The notes: generated from the letters alone by a model not told the origin. A DNA stretch of 64,000 bases from Myxococcota bacterium (GCA_036149055.1 JAYZQJ010000128.1:97317-161316), one strand, 5' to 3'; shown: positions 47,191 to 57,100, counted from the stretch's first letter. Program-made: numbers and translations.

Positions 47191-49740
47191 TCAGCTGGGC
47201 TCGGCGACCGCGTGCGACGAGGCGGCGTCGAGCACCCGGCGCACGGCGGCGGCGAGGCTCTCGGGGCGGAACGGCTTGCGGATGAGCTGGTGGGCGAGCG
47301 TCTCGACGCCGTGGCGCAGGATCGTGTCGTCGGTGTAGCCGCTCATGAAGAGGACGGGCAGGCCGGGCTGGACGGCGCGCGCCTGCTCCGCGAGCTGCCG
47401 GCCGCCGATGTCGGGCATGACCACGTCGACGAGGAGCAGGTTCACGTCACCGCGCCCGATGTGCTCGAGGGCGTCGCGCGCGTGGCTCTGCCGGACGACG
47501 TAGCCGGCCCGCTCGAGCGATCGCGCGGCGGCCCGGCGGACCAGCGCCTCGTCATCGACCACCAGGACCGTCTCGCCGCCCCGGACGGGGATCGCCTCGA
47601 CCGGCTCGCGGGCCTCCGGGACCGCGCGCCCGGCGCCCGGGAGCGTCACGGTGAGCGTCGTGCCCGCGCCGAGCGCGCTCTCGACGTCGATGCGCCCGCC
47701 GCAGGCGTTCACCACGTCGCGCACGGTGGCGAGGCCGAGCCCGGTGCCGTGGCTCTTGGTCGTGAAGAAGGGCTCGAAGAGCCGGGCCTGCACCTCGGGC
47801 GTCATGCCCACGCCCTCGTCGCTCACCGAGAGCGCCACCGCGTCGCGGTCCTCGCTGGCGCGGGCCGCGAGCTGGATCTCTCCGCCCGAGGGCATCGCGT
47901 CCCGGGCGTTGACCACCAGGTTGAGGATGACCTGCGAGAGCTGCCCGCGGTCGGCCTTCACCGCCGGCAGCTCGCCCTCCACGCGCATGCTGAGGCGGTG
48001 GCTGTCGTCGAGCAGCCGCCCGAGGAGCCGGCGCATCTCCTCCATGACCTCGGAGACGTCGAGCAGCTGCGGCGCCAGCACGTCCCGACGGCTGAAGGCG
48101 AGGAGCTGCCCGGTCAGCGCGGCCGCGCGGTCGGCGGCGACCTCGATGCTCTCGAGCAGGGCGAGCGGCTCGGGCTGCCCCTCGAGGTCGTCGTGCAGGA
48201 AGGTCGCCGATCCGATGATGGCGGTGAGCAGGTTGTTGAAGTCGTGGGCGACGCCGCCGGCCAGCTGCCCGATCGCCTGCATCTTCTGGGTCTGCGCGAG
48301 CTTCTCCTGGAGCCGCGCGACCGCGGTGATGTCCTCGAGCACGAGGATGCGGGTCCCGTCGTCGAGCAGCGCGACGCTCGGCCGCACCGTGCGCTCCCCG
48401 CCGGGGAGCGAGAGCGCGACCGGCTCCTCCTCCGCGCCGAGCAGGCGCTCGGGCTCGGGGAGGACCTCGTCGGCCCGGGCCCGGAAGAGCGTCTCGGGGT
48501 CGCGCCCGACCAGCCGCCCGAAGGCGCCGTTGACGTCGAGCAGGCGCAGCTCCGGGTCCAGCAGCGCCATGCCCACCGGGGCGCTCTCGAAGAGGCTGCG
48601 GTTGTAGCTCCGGGAGCGCTCCAGCTCGGCCACCGCCCGGTCGCGCGCCTCGGCGTTGCGCTGCAGCGCCCCGAGCATCTCGTTGTAGCTCGCGATCAGC
48701 TGCTCGAGCGGGCCCGACGCGTCGAGCTCGAGGCGCGCCTGGAGATCCCCGGCGCTCGCCTTCGCGAACGCGGTCTGCATCGAGCGGTGGATCTCCTCGG
48801 TGATCGCCTCCATCGGGAAGGTGGCGAAGAAGATCCAGTCGATGGTGGGGACGCGGGCGTGGATGACGAGGCGCGCCTCGCCCTCGCCGTCCACCAGCTC
48901 GTGCTCGCCGACGTCCCCCAGCGCCGCGAGGTCGAGCGTCTCGAGGTCGCCGCCGAGCGCCGACACGTGCTCCTTCGCCCAGGCGCCCTTCTCGGGCTCG
49001 ATCACGTTCTCGAGGCTCGGGTGCGCGAGCAGGAAGCCCTCGCGGTCGGTGATGAAGTTCAGCTGCCCGGGGACGTGGGTGGCGACCAGGGCGTCCTCGT
49101 GCACGTGGCGGAGCGGCAGGTCGACGCTGTAGACGCCGAGCAGCGCGTCGCCGTCGTAGATCGGGATGGAGGCCGCGATCATCAGGCCCTGGCCGCCGTA
49201 GTCGACGTTCGGCGGGGTCCACCGGATGGCCCGCTCCGGGTTCACGCCGGGCTCGACCGACTGCCAGGTGAAGTAGCCGTGCCAGTCGAAGTCCGGCGGC
49301 ACGACCTGCTGCGGATCGTGCGACGGGAACGACATCGCGAAGCCCGACGCGTCCTGGTAGTAGACCCACGCCAGCCCACCGACCCGGTCGCGCAGCCGCT
49401 TCAGCTCGGCGTCGATCTGCCCCATCGCCCAGAGCCGGCGCCGGATCTCCGGGTCCCGTCGCTGGGCGTCGTTGCAGTAGAAGACGGCGGACGCCGGGTC
49501 CGGATCCCCGGCCCGCGCGCGGTCGAGCACCCGGGGGCGCTCGAAGTAGCCGTGCGGGTCGAGCCCGAAGCCCTCGGCGGCGAGCCACGCGTCGACCGCG
49601 GCCTCCCCGGGCTCGAGGGCGAGCCGAACGCGGGTCAAGGACGCGAGCTGCTCGAGCGCGTCGTGGAGACGCCGCACCCGGGCGTCGATGGACGCCGCCA
49701 CGGCGGTCGCTTGCAGCCTCAGAGACTGGAGCTCGGACAC
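47191..49740 (-). CDS. Hybrid sensor histidine kinase (dCache-like, HAMP, PAS, HisKA, HATPase, REC)
   Basis: WTPPNVD..GLMIAASIP (Cache-like); AHDFNNLL; NARDAM; FEPFFTTK..GTGLGL; VVDDE, DVVMP, MSGY, KPF. Confidence 0.92.
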   Translation of the reverse strand: MSELQSLRLQATAVAASIDARVRRLHDALEQLASLTRVRLALEPGEAAVDAWLAAEGFGLDPHGYFERPRVLDRARAGDPDPASAVFYCNDAQRRDPEIRRRLWAMGQIDAELKRLRDRVGGLAWVYYQDASGFAMSFPSHDPQQVVPPDFDWHGYFTWQSVEPGVNPERAIRWTPPNVDYGGQGLMIAASIPIYDGDALLGVYSVDLPLRHVHEDALVATHVPGQLNFITDREGFLLAHPSLENVIEPEKGAWAKEHVSALGGDLETLDLAALGDVGEHELVDGEGEARLVIHARVPTIDWIFFATFPMEAITEEIHRSMQTAFAKASAGDLQARLELDASGPLEQLIASYNEMLGALQRNAEARDRAVAELERSRSYNRSLFESAPVGMALLDPELRLLDVNGAFGRLVGRDPETLFRARADEVLPEPERLLGAEEEPVALSLPGGERTVRPSVALLDDGTRILVLEDITAVARLQEKLAQTQKMQAIGQLAGGVAHDFNNLLTAIIGSATFLHDDLEGQPEPLALLESIEVAADRAAALTGQLLAFSRRDVLAPQLLDVSEVMEEMRRLLGRLLDDSHRLSMRVEGELPAVKADRGQLSQVILNLVVNARDAMPSGGEIQLAARASEDRDAVALSVSDEGVGMTPEVQARLFEPFFTTKSHGTGLGLATVRDVVNACGGRIDVESALGAGTTLTVTLPGAGRAVPEAREPVEAIPVRGGETVLVVDDEALVRRAAARSLERAGYVVRQSHARDALEHIGRGDVNLLLVDVVMPDIGGRQLAEQARAVQPGLPVLFMSGYTDDTILRHGVETLAHQLIRKPFRPESLAAAVRRVLDAASSHAVAEPS

Positions 49741-49851
49741 GAAAATCCTCCGGCCCCCCGACCGGCGCGCTCAGGATAGGGCCGCCCCGGGCCGGCGCCA
49801 AGGGTCCCCGTCGCCCTTCCGCGGCGCGCGCAGTTCTGATAGCCAGCACGG

Positions 49852-50568
49852 ATGCGAACTCACGCTGCTTGGCTCGCCCTGCTCCTCGTCGCCTGCGGAG
49901 GCGGCACCGACGAAGACGCCGGCCTCGGCGACTCCGACTCCGGGGTGGAGACCCGCATGGACGCGGCCCTCGACGCGAGCGCGCCCGAGGACTCCGGCCT
50001 CCCGGCGGACGACGCCGCGCTCGACGCCGGACCGGTCGAGACCGACGCCGGCCTCGACGTCGACTCCGGCCTGGACTCCGGCGTGGACGCGGGCCCGCGG
50101 CCCTGCGCCACCAACGAGGACTGCGCCGGCACCGAGCTCTGCCTCCAGCGGAGCTGCGGCGCCCCCGGCGAGTGCGTCGAGAAGCCCGGCCGCTGCCCCG
50201 ACGTCGACAACCCGGTCTGCGGCTGCGACGGCCTCACCTACCGCAACGACTGCTTCGCGAACGCGGCCGGCACCAGCCGCGGCGCCCGCGGCGCCTGCCC
50301 CGACCCCGACGCCGGCCTCCCCGACGCCGGCCTCCGGGACTCCGGCCCCCCGACCGGAGGCTGCACGAGGAACGCCGAGTGCGGCCCGACCGAGTTCTGC
50401 AGCAAAGCCATCGGAGACTGCACCGGGAGCGGCACCTGCGCCCGCCGCCCCGAGATCTGCAGCGGCCTCTTCGACCCCGTCTGCGGCTGCGACGGCCGAA
50501 CCCACTCCAACTCCTGCATGGCCGCGAACGCCGGAGCGAGCATCGCCTCCGTGGGTCCCTGTCCCTAA
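49852..50568 (+). CDS. Lipoprotein with two Kazal-type domains
   Basis: LVA-C lipobox; PVCGCDGLTYRNDC and PVCGCDGRTHSNSC. Confidence 0.88.
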   Translation: MRTHAAWLALLLVACGGGTDEDAGLGDSDSGVETRMDAALDASAPEDSGLPADDAALDAGPVETDAGLDVDSGLDSGVDAGPRPCATNEDCAGTELCLQRSCGAPGECVEKPGRCPDVDNPVCGCDGLTYRNDCFANAAGTSRGARGACPDPDAGLPDAGLRDSGPPTGGCTRNAECGPTEFCSKAIGDCTGSGTCARRPEICSGLFDPVCGCDGRTHSNSCMAANAGASIASVGPCP

Positions 50569-50634
50569 CGGATCCCACCCACAGCCCCGTGCCCGTGCCC
50601 CTGCCCGCAAAGCCCTCGTAGCTGAGCGACCGGG

Positions 50635-50664
50635 ACGATCCTACTCATTCATCCGACTCGTCCC
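50635..50664. repeat. 30-bp direct repeat A, copy 1
   Basis: ACGATCCTACTCATTCATCCGACTCGTCCC; 26/30 identical to 51693-51722. Confidence 0.75.
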
Positions 50665-50749
50665 GCCCCGCGAGCGCCCACGAGCGCCAGGAACGATCCT
50701 GACCTACAGAGGCGACGGACACTTCACGGCGGGTCCGGAGTGGACGCGT

Positions 50750-51454
50750 TCAATGACGGGGATCGTCCCTGGGCGCCGGAGCTAGCCCCGTCGCGTCTCG
50801 GCTTCGCGATCGGTCACCTCCCAAGGCCACGAGCGTGGCCGCCGCGGCGACGGCGTACAGGCCCGGGCGCAGGAGCGCGATCCAGTCCCGGGGCGTTCCC
50901 AGGAACGCGTCGCCCCAGAGCGACTGCGTCGCGGCGAAGGTCGCGGCCTCCCGGGTGAGCTCGAGCGTGAGGCCGAGCACGGCGACCGCGCCGCACCCGA
51001 CTCGCATCGCTCTGACGCCTCGCGCGGCAGTGCGCGCGTGGAGGACGCTCGCGGCGCCGGCGAGCAGCAGGGCGCCCCAGGCCATCCCGGCCGCGGCGTC
51101 GAGACGGACCACGTCCGCGAGCGCCTCCGGCGTCGGGGTGAGCAGGGCCGCGCCGGCGCGCGCCAGGATGACGGCGTGACCACACGACGCCGCGAACGCG
51201 GCGAGGCAGAGCACCCACCACGCGCGCCGGCCGACCAGGGCGAGCGCGAGCGCCGCGAACCCCGCGCCGCCCATGAGCCACGCTCCGCGCAAGAGCGCGT
51301 CGGCCAGCGCCGCGCCTCGGCGATACACGGCCACCTCGGGCCCGGAGCGGATCACGCGCTCGAGGATCCCCATGCCGTGGAGCAGCGCGAGCAGCGCGAG
51401 GATGGCGAAGGTCGCGACCAGGAGCGCGCGAGCGAGCGGGCGGTGGCTGTGCAT
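50750..51454 (-). CDS. Multi-TM membrane protein
   Basis: About 6 hydrophobic helices; ATG at 51454 chosen; lies between the two copies of repeat A. Confidence 0.65.
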   Translation of the reverse strand: MHSHRPLARALLVATFAILALLALLHGMGILERVIRSGPEVAVYRRGAALADALLRGAWLMGGAGFAALALALVGRRAWWVLCLAAFAASCGHAVILARAGAALLTPTPEALADVVRLDAAAGMAWGALLLAGAASVLHARTAARGVRAMRVGCGAVAVLGLTLELTREAATFAATQSLWGDAFLGTPRDWIALLRPGLYAVAAAATLVALGGDRSRSRDATGLAPAPRDDPRH

Positions 51455-51692
51455 ATGCGAGGCAGCATGAGGCGGCGTCGTGGTCGAGACGACTCGCGCG
51501 GGCGCACGCCTCTCGCCCTGTATTCTCCGGGCCGCGCCACCCCTCTGCGCCACCCGTTCACGTTTCGCGGCGCCTCGTCGCCTCTATCGCGACGCGCGCC
51601 AGTGTCGCGATGGAGGCAACGAGGCGAGGGCAACGACGAGCGCGGTGACGGCGCTCGGTGCGGCCGGCGACGAGCGAGCAGAAGCGGCAGGC

Positions 51693-51957
51693 ACGATCCT
51701 ATTCGTTCATCGAACTCGTCCCTCTCTGGCAGCCGACCTCCGCCGAGTCCGACGCCGAGGCCGAGTCCGGCGCCAAGTCCGAGTCCGACTCCGACGCCGA
51801 GTCCGGCGCCAAGTCCGAGTCCGACTCCGACGCCGAGTCCGACTCCGACTCCGAGTCCGACTCCGACGCCGAGTCCGAGACCGAGACCCTCGTCGTCAAC
51901 GCATATCAGGGGAGGAGGGAGGAGGGAGGCGAGGAGGAATAGCTGTAGCCATCCACG
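51693..51957. repeat. Composite direct repeat, left copy (repeat A, GAGTCC/GACTCC hexamer tract, 71-bp block B)
   Basis: Block B 51887-51957 matches 53038-53107 at 64/71; hexamer tract about 51744-51886. Confidence 0.85.
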
Positions 51958-51979
51958 GCGCCGCCCCCCGCCTCCGGTC

Positions 51980-52152
51980 TCGCCGCTGCCGTCGGTGCCG
52001 CTCCGGCCCCGCTGCCGCTACCGGGCCCGCTGCCGCTCCCGGCCCCGCTGCCGCTGCCGCTGCCGGCCCCGCTGCCGCTCCCGGCCCCGCTCCCGCTGCC
52101 GCTGCCGGCCCCACTGCCGCCGCCGCTGTCGGCCCCGCCGCTGCCGCTCGCT
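51980..52152. repeat. CCGCTG/CCGCTC/CCGGCC hexamer microsatellite
   Basis: Direct reading of tandem 6-mers. Confidence 0.85.
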
Positions 52153-52385
52153 GGCATCGCGGCCTCCGGTCCGTATGAGAGGCAGACGTGTTGGCGCCTC
52201 GTCCTCCTCCTCTGACGGTGCCGGACGCGGCCGGGCGAGTAAAGGACGCCTGCGGCGCCGGCTTCGCCGGCTTCGCTCGCTGCGCTCGCTCGTCCCTGAC
52301 TAGCCCGGCCGCGCCCGGCCCGGGAGGAGTCGGAGGACGATGCGCGACACACCGTCGACGCAGGTTGCCTCTCTCGGAGAGAGCG

Positions 52386-52706
52386 ATGCTGAACATCACC
52401 TCGGAAGCGATCGACTGGCTCACCCGCGTCCGGCCCGTCTGGGAGACCATCGCGAAGCACGACCGCAATCTCGCTCGGCAGCTGCGCGACAGCGCGTCGA
52501 GCGTCGTCGGCAACCTCGGCGAGGGCGAGAACCGGCGGGGCGGGCACCAGCGCGAGCGGTTCGAGACGGCGTACGGCTCCGCCGGCGAGGCGCGCGTGTG
52601 GCTGCTCGCGGCCGCCGGGCTCGGCTACGTCAGCCAGGAGACCGTCGCGCCGCTCGCCGACTGGGCCGACAAGGCCCGCGCGGTGACGTGGAAGATGATG
52701 CGCTGA
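52386..52706 (+). CDS. Four-helix-bundle protein (23S rRNA IVP / Avd-like family)
   Basis: GGAGAG RBS. LARQLRDSASSVVGNLGEG...F..AYGSAGE....L..A..LGY matches the QLxRAxxSxxxNIAEG...AxGSxxE family motif. Confidence 0.88.
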   Translation: MLNITSEAIDWLTRVRPVWETIAKHDRNLARQLRDSASSVVGNLGEGENRRGGHQRERFETAYGSAGEARVWLLAAAGLGYVSQETVAPLADWADKARAVTWKMMR

Positions 52707-52756
52707 TCGACCGCGGCGGCTCCGGCCTCGGTCGGAGCCGCCGCTCCCCTCGAACG

Positions 52757-53107
52757 CAGGGACGATCTTCCCCGTCTCCCCGACACCCAGCATCAGCCCC
52801 GTCGGGCCCCTCCGGACGGGAACGCCCCAGCCCTCCACCGTTCTCTGTTCGTGCCGAGTCCGACTCCGAGTCACGCCGAATCCGACGCCGAGTCCGAATC
52901 CGAGTCCGAATCCGAGTCCGAATCCGAGTCCGAATCCGAGTCCGAATCCGAATCCGAATCCGAATCCGAGTCCGAGTCCGAATCCGAGTCCGAATCCGAG
53001 TCCGAATCCGAGGCCGAATCCGAGTCCGAGGCCGAGGCCCTCGTCGTCGACGCATTCAGGGGAGGCGGGAGTAGGGAGGCGAGGAGGAATAGCTGGCACC
53101 ATCCACG
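52757..53107. repeat. Composite direct repeat, right copy (CAGGGACGATC, GAATCC/GAGTCC tract, block B)
   Basis: About 27 hexamers at roughly 52878-53037, then block B at 53038-53107. Confidence 0.85.
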
Positions 53108-53169
53108 CGCTTGTCTCGCTGCCGCCCTCGCTGTCGCTGCCGCTGCCGGCCTCCGGGAGCCTCCCGCCG

Positions 53170-53720
53170 CCCGACACGCGCCCCCCAGCTCCGAGACGCG
53201 GCCCCCTGCTTCCCCGACGGGCGCCCTCGCCCTCTTTTCTCCGGCCCCGAGACGCGCCCCCCGGCCTCCGGGACGCGCCCCCCAGCCTCCCCGACGACCT
53301 CCCCCAGTCCCCCGAGGCGCGCCCCCAGCCTCCCACATCGTCTCCCCCGGCTCGACGAGCGCGCCCCCCAGCCGCCACATCGCCTCCCCCAGCCCGCGAG
53401 ACGCGCCCCCCAGCCTCCCCGACCCCCTCCCCCAGCCCCCGAGGCGCGCCCCCCGGCTCCGCGACGCGGGGGACGGCGGGGGATCATCGCCGGGAGCGGG
53501 GGGATCATCCCCGGGAGCGGGGGGATCATCGACGGGAGCGGGGGGAAAGTCTCTGCCGAGCTGGGGGGCGCGATCGCCGAGCTGGGGGGCGCGATCGCCG
53601 ACTTGGGGGGCGCGCTCGCCGAGCTGGGGGGCGCGCTCGCCGAGCTGGGGGGCGAGCTCGCCGAGCTGGGGGGCGAGCTGGCAGGCGGGCTCGCCGAACA
53701 GGCGGGAGCTCGCCGAGCGG
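53170..53720. repeat. Opposed 21-bp tandem arrays (C-rich then G-rich)
   Basis: GACGCGCCCCCCAGCCTCCCC-type units to about 53465, then GGGGATCATCGCCGGGAGCGG x3 and GCCGAGCTGGGGGGCGCGATC-type units. Confidence 0.85.
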
Positions 53721-53826
53721 ATCGCTGGCGTCCTCCAAGCCGCCTGAACCACCAGCAGTGCAGAGCACCTCACCCCGGCGATCCTCCATCCTTGTCGACC
53801 GTCTTCTTGCGCTCGCCGTGGACGGT

Positions 53827-54140
53827 CATCCCGCGGCCCGCCACCCTCTTTGCGTCTTTGCGCCTTTGCGAGAGTAATTCCGAACCCACGCAGACACGCC
53901 AGAACCGGCAGCACGCGGAAACGTGGCGAGCCCCCATCCCGCCGCCCCGTCTCTGCGCCTCTGCGTCTCTGCGAGAGACTACTGAAGCCCGAGCAGCCTC
54001 GAAGAACGAGCAGTCCGCCGAACGCTGGCGAGCCTCCATCCCGAGGCCCGCCAACCTCTTTGCGTCTTTGCGTCTTTGCGAGAGTAATTTCGAACCCACG
54101 CAGACACGCCGGAACGAGCAGCGCGCCGCGAACGGAGCGA
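53827..54140 (-). repeat. Array of 3 units of the ~105-bp octamer-core repeat
   Basis: Units start at 53827, 53935 and 54037. Cores CTTTGCGn x3 or CTCTGCGn x3. The reverse complement resembles 63538-64000. Confidence 0.85.
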
Positions 54141-54141
54141 G

Positions 54142-57100
54142 TCAGCGGGAGAGCGCCGCGCCCAGAGCGCGCGCCTGATCGAGGGCGGCGTCGAGCTGGA
54201 GCGTGATCGCGAGCCGGTCGCCCGCGAGGCGCTTCGCGCGGATGCCCGCCGCCTCGAGCGACGCGGGATCCACGCCCTCGAGCACGCGGTGCAGGCCGAG
54301 GCCTCGGTGGGTCGTGCCCTGGAGCGCCTCGTCGAGCGCGGCGATCGCCGCGGTCACGTCGACCTGGCGGGCCGCGCGGAGCTGGTGGTGCATCTGCACC
54401 AGGCTCAGCTCGTCGCCGTCCCAGGTGCTGACCAGGGTGAGCGGCTTGTCCACCAGGTAGGGGGACGTCACGTGCACGAAGCCGAGCTGGCCGCCGGTCC
54501 ACCAGATCATCAGGTCCGGCGAGAAGCCCGTGCCCTCGTGCCCGAACGCGCCGCGGCCGGAGCGGTAGTAGGCGCTCGCCGTCTCCACGAGCACCACCGG
54601 CACGCCGGTCTCGGCGCGCAGCGCGTCGAGCTTCGGCCAGAAGGCGTCGGGGACCACGCGGCCGGTGCGCTCCTGCACCACCTCGAGGTAGAGGCCGAAC
54701 ACCTGATCGGCGCCGCCCGCGTCGGCGATCGCCGCCTTCAGCGCGGCGAGGCTCTCGTCGATGCCGTCGGCCGGGTGGGGGACCCGCGGCCAGTCGAAGT
54801 AGGGCGCGCCCTGGGCGTGGGTCGCCGGATCGCTGATCGAGCGCGCGCCCGCCGCGGTGTGACCCACGTAGGTGCCCTCGAAGGAGATGACCTTCTGGGC
54901 GTGCGGTCGGTGCCAGCGCAGCACCCGCACCGACTTGTCGACCGTCTCGTCGCGGCTCGAGCAGAGGTACGCGTGCGGCAGGCTCGGGGTCAGCGCGCCC
55001 ACCCACTCGGTCGCCCGGACCACCGCCGGGGTGAGGTAGTTGAGCACGGTGACCTTGTTGACGGTCGGGCCGTAGAGCGCGCCGGCCTCGTGCAGCGCCA
55101 CCAGCGAGGCGGGGGGCGAGGCGAACGGGCGCGCGATGCCGGAGGCGAGGTCGTGGGCCGGCGCCTCGCGCTTCACCTCACCCTTCACCTCGGCCGTCGC
55201 GTCGGGCTCGAAGCGCCCGAGCGGCTGGCGGTAGTAGCGCGCCACGCCGTCGCCCTCGTACTGCCCGTCGAGCAGGAACACCGTGTAGGCGCCGAGCGAG
55301 TCGTTGAGCTGCGCCATCGAGCTCGCGTCGGGCAGCCGGTTGCGCGCGGTCACGTGGCGGTAGCGCGACATCTCTCTCGCGCGCTCGAGCTGCGCCTGCT
55401 TGAGGCGCCGCCCGATCCCGTGCCCGCGGAAGCCCGGGTGCACGGTCACGGCGAGCGAGTAGAGCGTGTTGTTCCGGCCGCGCATCGGGTCGCGGTCGGG
55501 GCCCTCGACGCCCTCGATCGCCTCGAGAGGCGCGGCGAGCGCGCTGCCGATGACCCGCTTGGCGCCGCCCTCCTCGGTCTCCGCCACCACCGCGACGCCG
55601 CCGTCCGCGAAGGCGAGGCCGAGGAACTCCGGGTCGTCGCGCCGGGCCTCCTCGTAGACCTCCGCCTCGAGGGCGACGATCGACGCGAGCAGGGCGTCCT
55701 TCTCCCCCGCGTCGGCCACCCGCACGGTGACCGGCGGGCTGACGCGATCCTCGGGGCCGGCGGGCGCCGGGAGATCCTCCCACGCCGGCGGCTTCTTGCC
55801 GGGGTGCGCCTCGAGCCACGCGAGCGAGCGCTGCATCGACTCGAAGAGGAGGTCGATCGTGCGCTCGTCGAAGCTGCTGTTCAGGCGGTAGCGCACCGTG
55901 CGGGAGCCGGCGCCGAAGACCACCGCGCCGCGCCAGAAGCGCTGGCCGAGGTAGGCGCCGAGGGTGTCGGTGTCGGCCACGTCGAAGGCGAGCGCGAAGC
56001 CGTCGGCGCGCGGGTTCTCGATGCGGTGACTCCAGCGGCGGTGCAGCGCCTCGAGGCGCGGGCGGACGAGCGCCTCGACCCGGGCCGCCTCGCTTCCGTC
56101 GCCCACCTCCTCCGCGTGCAGGCGGCCGCGCGCGAGGGACGCCGGGAAGGCGGCCGTCGGCTCCGGATCCTCGAAGCGGCTCATGCACACGCCGACCTGC
56201 GCGCGCTTGGCGAAGCAGACGCAGTCCGGGGTGTCGGGGTTCCCGTCGGCGTCGACGTAGCCGAAGCGCTGATGCCAGAGGAACGCGCCGCCGAGCCCGA
56301 AGCCGCACTGCACCTCGTCGACCACCAGCGGCACCTCCCGGGCCCGGGTGAGCAGCCGGAGGGCGCGGTGGTAGCGGGCGCTGACGTAGCGGTCGCCGCC
56401 CTCGCTCTGCATCGGCTCGATCACCACCGCGAAGTGGGTCTCGGTGGCGAGCTTGGCGTCGACCTCGGCGAGCGCCGCGACCTCGGCCGCGAGGAGCGGA
56501 TCCTCGGACGCGCCCCAGCGCGCCTGGGCTCCGGCGACGTCACCCGCGCCCCAGACCTCGGTCCAGCCCTTCGGCTCGATCGGCTCGCCGTCGGCGAAGA
56601 CCTCGCGGGCCGGCGCCTTCGCGAAGTCGACCTCGTAGCCGGCGATCTGGAAGGGCACCCGCTTGGACGGGTTCCAGCTCGCGTAGAGCGCGAGCATGGT
56701 GCGCCCGTGGAAGCTGCCCTCGAACGCGAGCAGCTTGGTGCGCTCGGCGCCGGTCTGGAGCCGGCAGAGCGCGTAAGCCTTCTCGTTCGCCTCCGCGCCG
56801 CTGTTCACGAAGCTCACCGTCGGCAGGCCCGGCGCGAGCGACCGCAGCGTGTCGGCGAAGGCGGCCGCGTGGGGGTCGTCGCCGAGCGTGGTGTCCGCGC
56901 TCGCGAGCGGCGCGTCGCCGAAGTCGCCCTCGACGTAGGCGCGCACGATCGCGTCGGCGCCGAAGCCGGCCGGGATGGTCGCGGTCTGGCTCATGCCGTC
57001 CATCACGCTCATCGGCGCGTCGTCGACCGAGACCATCCACGGCCCCTTCGAGCGCAGGTGATCGAACACCGGCGGCTTCTTCTCCCCGCGCACGTACCGG

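Noticed and set aside
52851..53747. Poly-ES, poly-DS and poly-RI ORFs (also 51658..51942 and 51906..53378)
   Set aside because: These are translations of hexamer and 21-mer DNA tracts that are open in several frames on both strands, with no convincing start signals.
50570..54140. Integron cassette array or classical IS element
   Set aside because: No integrase or transposase ORF, and no clear RYYYAAC...GTTRRRY attC ends or terminal inverted repeats with a target-site duplication.
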